The notes beneath the pieces were generated by a model. It did not search any database, was not told the DNA's origin, and worked only from the letters and a program-made list of their open reading frames with translations. From Minisyncoccota bacterium (GTDB lineage Bacteria > Patescibacteriota > Minisyncoccia > Phycocordibacterales > UBA9973), in the NCBI GenBank assembly GCA_035403785.1, contig DAONFW010000005.1:3045-67044 (forward strand): a stretch of DNA of 64,000 bases. The letters run 5' to 3'. A program made the position numbers and the translations under genes. The first letter of the stretch is position 1, and the number at the start of each line of letters is the position of its first letter. This document shows positions 20,355-29,314 of this stretch, piece after piece.

Positions 20355-20500
20355 ACATTTTTTAAATTAATCCACACTTTTGCGGGCAGCTGATAATTAA
20401 TACTCCCATTATATACTCCCCTATCTTTTTTGACAAGTATTTCGTGGTCGCAAAATACTTGTTGATATTATAATCATCTTTTGTTATAATGCAAGCGTTA

Positions 20501-20604
20501 GTCCCGTACTAAATTTTTGGTTAAAAAATATAAGGATTAAAAAGAAAAAACACAAAAAATAGTAAGTAAAATAATAATTAAGTTTAAAATTTTAGTACTG
20601 GGAT
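20501..20604 (+). repeat. Inverted-repeat element GTCCCGTACTAAA...TTTAGTACTGGGAT (copy 1)
   Basis: Both arms match 48258-48327 in reverse complement (13 nt and 18 nt exact). Confidence 0.75.
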
Positions 20605-20612
20605 ATCTAAAT

Positions 20613-21146
20613 ATGCAAGAAAAAAACGCTAAAAAACCCAATATTCAGAAAGATATTTTGAAAATATTAGACGGCAAACCGGCTGTTTCTGTTAAATCTT
20701 TAAAACATGGAAAAGATCAAAAGACAAGCTATGCGATAGCTCGTTCAATAAAAAATCTAGTAGATTCTGGTTGCGCAGAAATGATAAATTCTGACAATCA
20801 GAGTTATGTTAAACTCACACAGAAAGGAAAAAACAAATTAAACAACATTCGCCTACTTGCAGACGATGCACTTGTTTCTACAAACTGGGACGGTTTTTGG
20901 CGAATCGTAATTTTGGATTTACCAGAAGAAAGAAAATCCGAACGTGAAGCTCTAAGATATTTACTCAAGAAAGCAAATTTTATTTGTATAAAAAATACGG
21001 TTTGGATCTCGCCATTTCCATATGAACATCTTTTTACTAATATCAAAAAAGATTTGAATTTCACCACAGAAATCATGATTATAGTTTCTAACAAATTAGA
21101 TCCAGAAACAAATCTTGCTTTCCTTGAAGCAGTAAAAAATCAGTAA
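20613..21146 (+). CDS. PaaX-like transcriptional regulator (wHTH + Cas2-like fold)
   Basis: LTQKGK wing, WDGFWRIVILDLPEERKSEREALR..L..F..I...VWISP. Confidence 0.8.
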   Translation: MQEKNAKKPNIQKDILKILDGKPAVSVKSLKHGKDQKTSYAIARSIKNLVDSGCAEMINSDNQSYVKLTQKGKNKLNNIRLLADDALVSTNWDGFWRIVILDLPEERKSEREALRYLLKKANFICIKNTVWISPFPYEHLFTNIKKDLNFTTEIMIIVSNKLDPETNLAFLEAVKNQ

Positions 21147-21155
21147 GAAATAATA

Positions 21156-22934
21156 TTAAATATTTTTCTTAAATCCTTTTGCTTGAAGTTCCCAAAGTTT
21201 TTTATAAATTCCAGAATCTTTTTGAGTAAGTTCTTCATGCGTGCCATCTTCTACTATTTCTCCTTTTTCTATCACTACGATTCTGTCCATTTGTCTGATA
21301 GTAGAAAGTCTGTGTGCAATCACAATAGTAGTCTTGCCTTTTATTAATTTCTGCAACGCATCTTGAATCAAAGCTTCTGATTCAGAATCAAGAGAAGAAG
21401 TGGCTTCGTCTAATACAAGAATCGGCGCATTTTTCAAAATAGCACGTGCAATTGCCACTCTTTGCCTTTCTCCACCAGAAAGCTTAATTCCCCTTTCGCC
21501 AACATAAGTCTGGTAACCTTCCGGTAATAAATCTATAAATTTATCACAGTGCGCTAAGTGCGCAGCTTCTTTTACTTCTTCATCTGTAGCATCACGTCTG
21601 CCGTATCTGATATTTTCTAAAAGAGTTCTGTGAAATAAAATCGGTTCCTGTGGCACGAAAGATATATGATTTCTTAGATCTGCTTGGCTGACGTCTCTGA
21701 TATCTATACCGTCTATCATAATACTCCCATTTTTGATATCAAAAAGTCTCATCAAAAGTCTTACAAAAGTAGTTTTTCCAGCACCAGAAGAGCCAATAAT
21801 CGCAACTTTCTGACCTGGTTTTATATTAATAGAAAATCTGTCTAATAATTTATTTTTATTATTTTCATAACTATAAGTCACAGCATTAAAAGTGATATCC
21901 CCGTTAACTTTTTCTAATTTTTTTGTTGACTTGTCTTGTATTTCATGAGGTGTATTCAAAATATCTGCCATTTCTTTTGCGTCCGCAAAACTTTCATAAA
22001 AAGTACGAATAATATTTCCAAAACCCCATAAAGTTTCTATTAATCTAATTAGATAACTTTGAAACAAAACAATTACTGGTAGAGTAATCAATCCAAGAGA
22101 CCAATCTTTTATTACTAGCCAAAAAATTAAAAATTCTATACCTAAAGAATAAAAACTAGAAATAGCACCCAAACCTTCCCATAAACACCAGTTTGTAAAA
22201 GTTGTTTTTCTTTGTTTTTGAACAACTTCACCTACTAATTCTTTTTCGTGTTCTTGTCCAGAAAATAACTGTACTGAAGCATGGTTGCCAATAGAATCCG
22301 CAATTGCCCCAGTAGTTTTTGAGTCAGCTTCAGCTGAGAGAATATCATATTTTAATTTAAATCTAATATAAACGAAAGTAGTAATTAAGAAAATTACACA
22401 AAATATACTTAAAATTAAAGCGTATTTAGGAAACATAGTATAAATAGCAAAAACAGTTCCTCCTGTTGTAACAAGTAGTGGCAAAGCATCTATTACCAAA
22501 CGATCGGTTAGTTTTTCAAAAGCTCGAGCGTATCTGCTAATCTTTTGTGTCAAAGAACCACCAAAATTATTAGCAAAAAATGTATGAGAATGGTAAATCA
22601 AATATCCAAAAGATTGCTCACGTAAACCAGCCATAGCGCTAGATTCAAAATAACTTAATGTAAATCCAGTTGTTCTTCTTGTAATCCATCTCAAAAAATT
22701 TAAAATCAAAATCCACAAGACAAGAGACCTCGCTGCAGCAAAAGAAGAAAAATCGTTTGCACTCAAAATATTCCAGAGCTTCAAATATTGCAAAGGAATA
22801 TAAACACCAAGACCAGCTACAATAACTGTGCCAATAATAACTACAAAAAAAGAAATCTTATATTTTTTGGCAACTCGCCAGAAAGATTTCAAAACTAGTT
22901 TTTTATTCAACTTTTTCTTGTTTTCTTTATTCAT
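21156..22934 (-). CDS. ABC exporter, fused permease/ATPase
   Basis: TM domain plus GSSGAGKT, LSGGERQR, LDEATS, IAHRL. Confidence 0.93.
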   Translation of the reverse strand: MNKENKKKLNKKLVLKSFWRVAKKYKISFFVVIIGTVIVAGLGVYIPLQYLKLWNILSANDFSSFAAARSLVLWILILNFLRWITRRTTGFTLSYFESSAMAGLREQSFGYLIYHSHTFFANNFGGSLTQKISRYARAFEKLTDRLVIDALPLLVTTGGTVFAIYTMFPKYALILSIFCVIFLITTFVYIRFKLKYDILSAEADSKTTGAIADSIGNHASVQLFSGQEHEKELVGEVVQKQRKTTFTNWCLWEGLGAISSFYSLGIEFLIFWLVIKDWSLGLITLPVIVLFQSYLIRLIETLWGFGNIIRTFYESFADAKEMADILNTPHEIQDKSTKKLEKVNGDITFNAVTYSYENNKNKLLDRFSINIKPGQKVAIIGSSGAGKTTFVRLLMRLFDIKNGSIMIDGIDIRDVSQADLRNHISFVPQEPILFHRTLLENIRYGRRDATDEEVKEAAHLAHCDKFIDLLPEGYQTYVGERGIKLSGGERQRVAIARAILKNAPILVLDEATSSLDSESEALIQDALQKLIKGKTTIVIAHRLSTIRQMDRIVVIEKGEIVEDGTHEELTQKDSGIYKKLWELQAKGFKKNI

Positions 22935-22960
22935 TATTTTGTTTTTAAAACTAAAGAGAA

Positions 22961-23584
22961 TTATTCTCCTTTATATTCAAAAACATTCACTCTAGCAGCA
23001 CGAATCACTCTTTCACCGAGTTTGTATCCTTTTTGAGTTACTTCAGCAATTTTGTGATCGTTTTCTTTTTTGTCAGTTTGTACCATTTCGATAGACTGAT
23101 GAATGTTATGGTCAAAACTTTCACCAACTTCTCCAACTGGCTTAACTCCAAACTCTTCCAAAACAGATTTCATTTGAACGTAAATATATTCAACTCCTTT
23201 CCGCCAATTTTCATCAACTTTTTCCCAAGCTGATTTATTAGCGAAAGCCATTTCAAAACTATCCATTACAGTCAAAAAGCGCATTATGATTCTCTCACGC
23301 ATTGCTTCAGAAAAGTTGGCTTTTCTTTCTTCTTCTTGTTTTTTATAATTAACAAATTCAGCTCTTTCTTTTTGCCAGCCTGTTAGATATTCTTCTTTTT
23401 CTTTCTTGCACTGCTTCAAATCAGCTCTTAATTTCTTAAGCGTTTTTTTCAAATCTTCCTCTCCGTCTTCGTTAAATTCAAATTCAACGACTTCTGTGTC
23501 GTCTTCTTCCGGAATTTCTTTATTTTCAGGCATTTTAAGCTCTAAATCTTCGGTTTTTTCTTCTTTTTTGTCTGATTTACTCAT
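22961..23584 (-). CDS. grpE: Nucleotide exchange factor GrpE
   Basis: AEFVNYKK, FDHNIHQSI, QKGYKLGERVIRAARV. Confidence 0.93.
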   Translation of the reverse strand: MSKSDKKEEKTEDLELKMPENKEIPEEDDTEVVEFEFNEDGEEDLKKTLKKLRADLKQCKKEKEEYLTGWQKERAEFVNYKKQEEERKANFSEAMRERIIMRFLTVMDSFEMAFANKSAWEKVDENWRKGVEYIYVQMKSVLEEFGVKPVGEVGESFDHNIHQSIEMVQTDKKENDHKIAEVTQKGYKLGERVIRAARVNVFEYKGE

Positions 23585-23623
23585 ATATTTTATATTATCA
23601 TAACTTTCGAATAAATAAAATCT

Positions 23624-23656
23624 AAAAATCCCCTGCCTTGTGAGCAGAGGATTTTT
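23624..23656 (-). terminator. Terminator after rpsI
   Basis: aaaaatcc-cctgc..gcag-aggattttt hairpin with flanking runs. Confidence 0.65.
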
Positions 23657-23660
23657 GTTT

Positions 23661-24077
23661 TTAACGTTTTGACCACTGTGGAGCCTTTCTAGCTTTCTTG
23701 AGTCCGAATTTTCTTCTTTCTTTTGCTCTTGGATCTCTCTTAAGATATCCGAGAGTTTTTAATTTTCCTCTCATTTCGTCATCTGTTCCAGTCAAAGCTC
23801 TTGCTAAACCGTGTCTTACAGCCTCTGCTTGAGAATGAATTCCTCCGCCAGTTACTTTTACTTCTACTGAGTATTTAGCTCCTGGTTTTCCCTTAATTAT
23901 TGGATCTTGCACCAAAGCTCTTTGATCTTCTGTTTTGAAGTAATCTTTTGCATCTACTCCATTCACAATAAAGCTAGGCTTTGTTGTCTTATGAATTCGA
24001 ACTCTAGCAGTTGAAGTTTTTCTTCTTCCGATAGCTTCGATATACTTTTCTTTTGTTGTCTTTTTTTCCGTTTCCAT
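23661..24077 (-). CDS. rpsI: 30S ribosomal protein uS9
   Basis: GRRKTSTARV, ERRKFGLKKARKAPQWSKR. Confidence 0.98.
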   Translation of the reverse strand: METEKKTTKEKYIEAIGRRKTSTARVRIHKTTKPSFIVNGVDAKDYFKTEDQRALVQDPIIKGKPGAKYSVEVKVTGGGIHSQAEAVRHGLARALTGTDDEMRGKLKTLGYLKRDPRAKERRKFGLKKARKAPQWSKR

Positions 24078-24081
24078 ATTT

Positions 24082-24441
24082 TTAATCTTCTATTTTTAAG
24101 TTTTTCATCATTTCTTTTCTAATCTTGTTCCCAGGCAACATTTGGTATACAGCAAGTCTTACCAATTCTTTCATTCCTTCTTTTTCTGCTGTCTCAGTAC
24201 CTTTTATAATTCTAAGACCACCTCTGTAGCCAGAATATCTAGCGTGAAAAATTTCTGCTAATTTTTTGTTTGAAATGCGAATTTTTGAAGCATTAACAAC
24301 TTTTACTGGAAAACCAGAAAAAATATTTCTCTGGAATTTTGCTGAAGTTTTTCCCATCAAATGCATAGCAACTTCAGCTGCTACTCTTCCCAAACTTCTT
24401 CCTGTTGCATCAATTTCAATTGTTTTAATTTGTTTTTCCAT
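24082..24441 (-). CDS. rplM: 50S ribosomal protein uL13 (short)
   Basis: IDATGRSLGRVA..LMGK, YSGYRGGLR, MLP. Confidence 0.92.
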   Translation of the reverse strand: MEKQIKTIEIDATGRSLGRVAAEVAMHLMGKTSAKFQRNIFSGFPVKVVNASKIRISNKKLAEIFHARYSGYRGGLRIIKGTETAEKEGMKELVRLAVYQMLPGNKIRKEMMKNLKIED

Positions 24442-24464
24442 ACTCGTTACTCGTTTATTAAAAA

Positions 24465-24818
24465 TTATACAAACTCTATGACAGCCATTTTTGCGCCATC
24501 AGATTTTCTTACCCCTAATTTAATCACTCTAGTATAACCGCCCTTTTTTGTTTTATACTTAGGTGCAATAACTTCAAAAAGTTTCTTTGTTTCTCGCTTT
24601 CTGTTTGAAAGTTTAGAAGTAACAAATTTTCTTGAAGCTAAAGTGTCAGTCTTTGCTCTTGTAACTATTTTTTCAATAAAAGGTCTTAATTCCTTTGCTT
24701 TTGGTTCTGTTGTTTTTATTTTTTCTCGGATGATCAAGTTAAGAGCCAAAGAATTCATCAGTGCGTTTCTTTGATTTTTTGTTCTTCCGAATTTTCTTTT
24801 GTTATTATGATGTCGCAT
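24465..24818 (-). CDS. rplQ: 50S ribosomal protein bL17
   Basis: MRH..RKFGR, IKTTEPKAKELR, GGYTRVIK. Confidence 0.97.
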   Translation of the reverse strand: MRHHNNKRKFGRTKNQRNALMNSLALNLIIREKIKTTEPKAKELRPFIEKIVTRAKTDTLASRKFVTSKLSNRKRETKKLFEVIAPKYKTKKGGYTRVIKLGVRKSDGAKMAVIEFV

Positions 24819-24851
24819 CTCAGTTAAAACTTATTTTAATAATTAATCTTA

Positions 24852-25832
24852 TTAATCTTTAAGACTAAGTCCGAATTTTACTAGGACTTTCTTAATTTCA
24901 TTAATACCTTTATCTCCGATCCCTTCTACCTCAAGCAAATCTTCGATTTTCTTTCGTGCCAAACCTCCAAGTGTTCTTATGTTAGCAGCGGTTAAGGCGT
25001 TCAATGTTCTTGTAGACAAATCGAGACTATCGATACGTGTCTTCAAAACATCAACGAAATCTTCTTCGTTTGCTTCTTCTTTAACTTCTTCTTTTTCTGT
25101 CTTTGATTCTTTCTTTTCTATTTTTGCGATTTCTTCTTCTGGTTCTTTGAAATCAATCACAGCTTTCAACTGATTTATCATTATTTCAATTGATTTTGAA
25201 AGCGCTTCGCGAGGACTTAATGTTCCGTCTGTTTCAATAGTTATTCGTAATCTGTTATGGTTAGTTTTATCTCCGACACGCATGTTTTCAACCTCATAAG
25301 CCACTCTTCTGATTGGTGTGAAAATAGCATCAACAGCAATAGTGCCGATGTCTACTTTTTCTTTTTGTAAAATTTCTTTTGGAATAAATCCAAGTCCTTT
25401 TTCAATATGTAATTCAATATCCAAATTTACTTTTCCTGTTACTTCTGCGATATACATTTCTGGATTCAAAACTTCAACTTGTCCAGTTGTTTTTATATCT
25501 GCAGCTGTAACAACTTTTGGTCCTTTAATAGAAAGAGTAATAGTTTGTGGCTCGTCAGAAGCCATTTTGAATCTAACTTTCTTTAAATTCAAAATCATAA
25601 CAATAACATCTTCTTTTACTCCGTCGATAGTAGAAAATTCATGAGAGACTCCGTCAATTTTTATAGAAGTAAGACTAGCACCAGGCAAAGAAGATAGAAT
25701 AATTCTTCTAAGAGTGTTTCCTAGAGTATGACCGTAGCCAGGGTATAAACCATCAATTTCAAATACTCCTTTATTTTCCTTCTCTAACACAACACGAGGT
25801 TTTGAAGGCACAATTATTTTATATTCAGGCAT
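24852..25832 (-). CDS. rpoA: RNA polymerase alpha subunit
   Basis: GYGHTLGNTLRRIILSSLPG, HEFSTIDGVKED, alpha-CTD. Confidence 0.98.
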   Translation of the reverse strand: MPEYKIIVPSKPRVVLEKENKGVFEIDGLYPGYGHTLGNTLRRIILSSLPGASLTSIKIDGVSHEFSTIDGVKEDVIVMILNLKKVRFKMASDEPQTITLSIKGPKVVTAADIKTTGQVEVLNPEMYIAEVTGKVNLDIELHIEKGLGFIPKEILQKEKVDIGTIAVDAIFTPIRRVAYEVENMRVGDKTNHNRLRITIETDGTLSPREALSKSIEIMINQLKAVIDFKEPEEEIAKIEKKESKTEKEEVKEEANEEDFVDVLKTRIDSLDLSTRTLNALTAANIRTLGGLARKKIEDLLEVEGIGDKGINEIKKVLVKFGLSLKD

Positions 25833-25916
25833 ATCTCTTTTTTATATTTAACCGCTTGCGCGGAAAAAATTATTTTTAATACTTAATAATAAAAATTCAA
25901 AAATTAAAACTTAAAA

Positions 25917-26519
25917 CTAACGACTATAAAATTCAAGCACAGCGTTCAAATCAAGAAATGTTTCTGTGTTTTTTGGTTTATCCAAAACTTTTCCTTCTAA
26001 TTTCTTAACGTCAAAAGAAACCCAAGCTGGATTTATGTAATCTTTTAGCTTTTCTTCTATGTTTGCAAAAATCTTTTTACTCTTTGAACCTTCTCTGATC
26101 TTTATGATATCTCCAGCTTTTACTTGATATGAAGGGATAGTAACTTTGTGATCGCCTACAATAAAATGACCATGAGAAACCATTTGTCTAGCAGCTCTTC
26201 TACTGTTAGCTAGTCCCATTCTATATACAACATTATCTAATCTAGATTCTAGTTGCTCATAAAACTTTTCAGCTGTTCCTGTCCCTTTGAAGGCAGTTGC
26301 TTTTTTAACATAGTTAGCCAATTGCTTTTCTGACAAGCCATATGAGAAACGAATCTTTTGCTTTTCTACAAGCTGTGTTCCGTATTCAGATAAAGCCTTA
26401 GGACGCTTTGATCCTGGTCCGAACTTTCCTGAAGTTGCTGAAAATTTTGAGCTCTGACATTTGTCATAAACTCCTGGTCCTAATCTTTTACAAATTTTAA
26501 ACTTTGGTTTTGATATCAT
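25917..26519 (-). CDS. rpsD: 30S ribosomal protein uS4
   Basis: LESRLDNVVYRMG, ARQMVSHGH, EFYSR. Confidence 0.97.
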   Translation of the reverse strand: MISKPKFKICKRLGPGVYDKCQSSKFSATSGKFGPGSKRPKALSEYGTQLVEKQKIRFSYGLSEKQLANYVKKATAFKGTGTAEKFYEQLESRLDNVVYRMGLANSRRAARQMVSHGHFIVGDHKVTIPSYQVKAGDIIKIREGSKSKKIFANIEEKLKDYINPAWVSFDVKKLEGKVLDKPKNTETFLDLNAVLEFYSR

Positions 26520-26544
26520 CTCTTAATTATTATTATTCTAATTT

Positions 26545-26979
26545 TTATACTCTTCTTGGTTTCTTTGGTTTTGGCCCATTGTGAGGAACCGGTGTTTTGT
26601 CTTTAATAGAAGTAATTTCTATTCCGTGAGCCATGAAAGCTCTAATCACTGGTTCTCGACCCGATCCAACACCTTTAACAACTACATCAGATTCTTTTAC
26701 TCCGATAGCTTCTGCTTTTTCTCCTATAACATCCCCTACTTTAGAAGCAGCAAAAGGAGTTCCCTTTTTTGCTCCTTTGAATCCTAAACCTCCAGCACTT
26801 GCCGCAAACAAAGCATTTCCTGCTTTATCTGAAAACAATACTTTTGTGTTATTGAAAGTAGCATCAATGTGAATGATTCCTGCAGTAATTTTCTTTTTTG
26901 AAGATTTAGTAGGAGCTGCCTTTGTTTCAGGAGCTGTTTCTGTCTTTTTTTCTTCAGTTGTTATTTTTGTTTTTCCCAT
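26545..26979 (-). CDS. rpsK: 30S ribosomal protein uS11
   Basis: ATFNNT, GFKGAKKGTPFAA, TPVPHNG. Confidence 0.97.
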   Translation of the reverse strand: MGKTKITTEEKKTETAPETKAAPTKSSKKKITAGIIHIDATFNNTKVLFSDKAGNALFAASAGGLGFKGAKKGTPFAASKVGDVIGEKAEAIGVKESDVVVKGVGSGREPVIRAFMAHGIEITSIKDKTPVPHNGPKPKKPRRV

Positions 26980-27016
26980 TTTTTTATTTTTATAATTTAT
27001 TTTTTATTTTGCAATT

Positions 27017-27397
27017 TTATGTCTTACTTTCTTTTCTTCTTCCTGAGGCCATTGTCTTTCTAACATTTCCTCTTACTGTTCTTGAGTTAGTTTTTGTTCT
27101 TTGTCCTCTAACTGGTAATCTTCTCATGTGTCGAACTCCTTTGTAACACTTCACATCTTTCATTCTTTTTATATTTGCTGAAACTTCTCTTTTCAAATTT
27201 CCTTCTATTGTCATCCCTTCAACTATTGCACGAATTTTATTTTCTTCAGCTTCTGTAAGATCTTTAGCTTTTTTGCTTCGATCAACACCAACCTGATCTA
27301 AAATTCTACGAGCAGTTGAAATTCCAACTCCGTAAATACAAGTTAGTCCTATCTCAAGTCTTTTTTCGTTTGGTACTGTTATTCCAAGTATTCTCAT
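27017..27397 (-). CDS. rpsM: 30S ribosomal protein uS13
   Basis: IYGVG, LPVRGQRTKTNSRT. Confidence 0.97.
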   Translation of the reverse strand: MRILGITVPNEKRLEIGLTCIYGVGISTARRILDQVGVDRSKKAKDLTEAEENKIRAIVEGMTIEGNLKREVSANIKRMKDVKCYKGVRHMRRLPVRGQRTKTNSRTVRGNVRKTMASGRRKESKT

Positions 27398-27403
27398 ATG
27401 ATT

Positions 27404-27514
27404 TTATTGTTTTTGTTTATGTTTTGGATTTGAACAAATTACTCTTAAATGCCTTTGGCGACGAACCATTTTGCAATTACTACAAATTTTTTTTACTGAT
27501 GCTTTTATTTTCAT
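27404..27514 (-). CDS. rpmJ: 50S ribosomal protein bL36
   Basis: Own translation [36 protein letters not shown]; below the ORF-track cutoff; canonical position. Confidence 0.96.
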   Translation of the reverse strand: MKIKASVKKICSNCKMVRRQRHLRVICSNPKHKQKQ

Positions 27515-27627
27515 AAAAATTTTTTTATAACTTAAAACAACATAAAACAAGGGAAAAACCCTTATTTTTTAATGTCTGTTTTTCTTTTACAAACCGTACT
27601 TTATATAATACACTATTATTAAAAAAA

Positions 27628-27849
27628 TTACAACCTTTTTGTGATTCTTCCTTTGCCGCCGTACTGATCAAGTAAAACTTCAACAGAATCACCTATTAAT
27701 ACTTTTATTCTATGCATTCGCATTTTTCCAGACAAATAGGCTAGAATTTCTTTATCGTCATCAATCTTTACCCTGAACAAGGTATTAGGCAAAGCTTCAG
27801 TAACGAGGCCTCTGGCTGTTAAATTTTTATCATTTTCTGAATTACTCAT
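27628..27849 (-). CDS. infA: Translation initiation factor IF-1
   Basis: EALPNTLFRV, YLSGKMRMHRIKVLIGD. Confidence 0.96.
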   Translation of the reverse strand: MSNSENDKNLTARGLVTEALPNTLFRVKIDDDKEILAYLSGKMRMHRIKVLIGDSVEVLLDQYGGKGRITKRL

Positions 27850-27907
27850 TTAGACTTTGTAATTTTAACAAAATTAAAACATTCCGTCAAATTAATTAGT
27901 GGAAAAA

Positions 27908-29305
27908 TTACGGATAATTAACAATTATTTTAATATCTTTAAATTTATCTGGGAAGGTTTTTCCCCAGACCGGCTTCACGACTAATTCCGCAGAATCAAT
28001 TCCTATATATTCTGTCAAAACTTGATTGAAATCTTTTTTATCTCTTCCAACAACTTCTTTCACCAACTTATCTGTATCTATTCTCCAGACTATTTTTGAT
28101 TCTCCTGACAAATCAAAATTTATATCTTTTACTTCGCTGAAATTTATATTGTCTTTATTGTTAAGAACAAATTTGAAACTCTTGATATCTGGAATAAAAA
28201 TATCTTCGTCTTTATATTTTTCTAAATTATTCTGGACAATTCTCTGAGTTAATTTTTTCTCGTCAAACAAAAATCCATAAAGAGTTCCTTTTACTGTAAT
28301 CGGAACTTTTTGTCCTTCTATCGCATTACCAATAGTTCCTTCGTCTGTCTGCACAAAAATCGCATCTTCATACAAAATATATCCGGTCGGAATTTGGCTT
28401 GTAGCTTTTTGTAATAATTTATCTTTTAGACCTTCTTTTAATTCAGCTATCGCATTTGTTTTTTCAACATCAGAAACACGTCTAACTTTTCCAATTAGTC
28501 CACCAGTTATATCACCAGTTGATCTTGCGTAAAATTTAGAATATTTTGGAGTTCCTTTAAATCCAAAAATAGTAAAATCGAGAGGTTTACTATTATATGC
28601 TTCACCTGCTTCAGATGCATAAATTCCAACTTCAACCGAACCTGGGGTAGAACCAGTCATACCTGGGACAACTACTGCATTTTTTGTTTTGTATATTTTT
28701 CCATTAGAACCTTCAAGTCTTGTGTTAATATCAAGTCTCTGTGTTGCAGAACTAAAAGTATTGTAAATTACTACAGTTCCAGTAGCGCTGTCTTTTGCAT
28801 CTACTTCTTCCCCGCCTTGCACTTCTTTTGTTTCATCCCCAGAAATTACAACTAAATCAAACGGCAAAATATTTGAACTAGAATCTTTTGATGCTGCGAA
28901 ATTTTCATTCAAAGAAAGATCAATTGCTTTTGGCTCTATTGTTATTTTAGCTCCAGAGAACAAAAATGATACAGCAAAAAACAAAAAAACCAACGCAATA
29001 AGCGCAACAAACCAAAGACCGTATTTTGAGCCACTGCTATTTCCGTATCCATATTCTCCGGCCTCCTCTTCTATTGTTGGCTGATTTTTAACTTTATGAA
29101 CATACTCACTACGCTTACTATTTTGAGCTTGAGTTTGAGCTGCTTGAGTGTAAGTTTGAGAGTGAGAATTAGAGGCTACGCGAGAAGTTTTATTTTTATA
29201 AAGAGAATCAAATTTAGTATCGAGATCTTCTTTAAAGTTTTCTGGCTTTTTATCGCCTAATGTTTTTTTTACTTTAACAACGTCTTGAATTAAATTTTTT
29301 GGCAT
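27908..29305 (-). CDS. Hypothetical single-pass membrane protein with large beta-rich extracellular region
   Basis: One TM segment near aa 95-117; follows the FtsA-like gene. Confidence 0.75.
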   Translation of the reverse strand: MPKNLIQDVVKVKKTLGDKKPENFKEDLDTKFDSLYKNKTSRVASNSHSQTYTQAAQTQAQNSKRSEYVHKVKNQPTIEEEAGEYGYGNSSGSKYGLWFVALIALVFLFFAVSFLFSGAKITIEPKAIDLSLNENFAASKDSSSNILPFDLVVISGDETKEVQGGEEVDAKDSATGTVVIYNTFSSATQRLDINTRLEGSNGKIYKTKNAVVVPGMTGSTPGSVEVGIYASEAGEAYNSKPLDFTIFGFKGTPKYSKFYARSTGDITGGLIGKVRRVSDVEKTNAIAELKEGLKDKLLQKATSQIPTGYILYEDAIFVQTDEGTIGNAIEGQKVPITVKGTLYGFLFDEKKLTQRIVQNNLEKYKDEDIFIPDIKSFKFVLNNKDNINFSEVKDINFDLSGESKIVWRIDTDKLVKEVVGRDKKDFNQVLTEYIGIDSAELVVKPVWGKTFPDKFKDIKIIVNYP

Positions 29306-29314
29306 GTTTATATT

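Noticed and set aside
20613-21146. Cas2 / CRISPR-Cas locus
   Set aside because: The Cas2-like fold is part of a PaaX-like protein; no cas1 and no repeat-spacer array were seen in the window.
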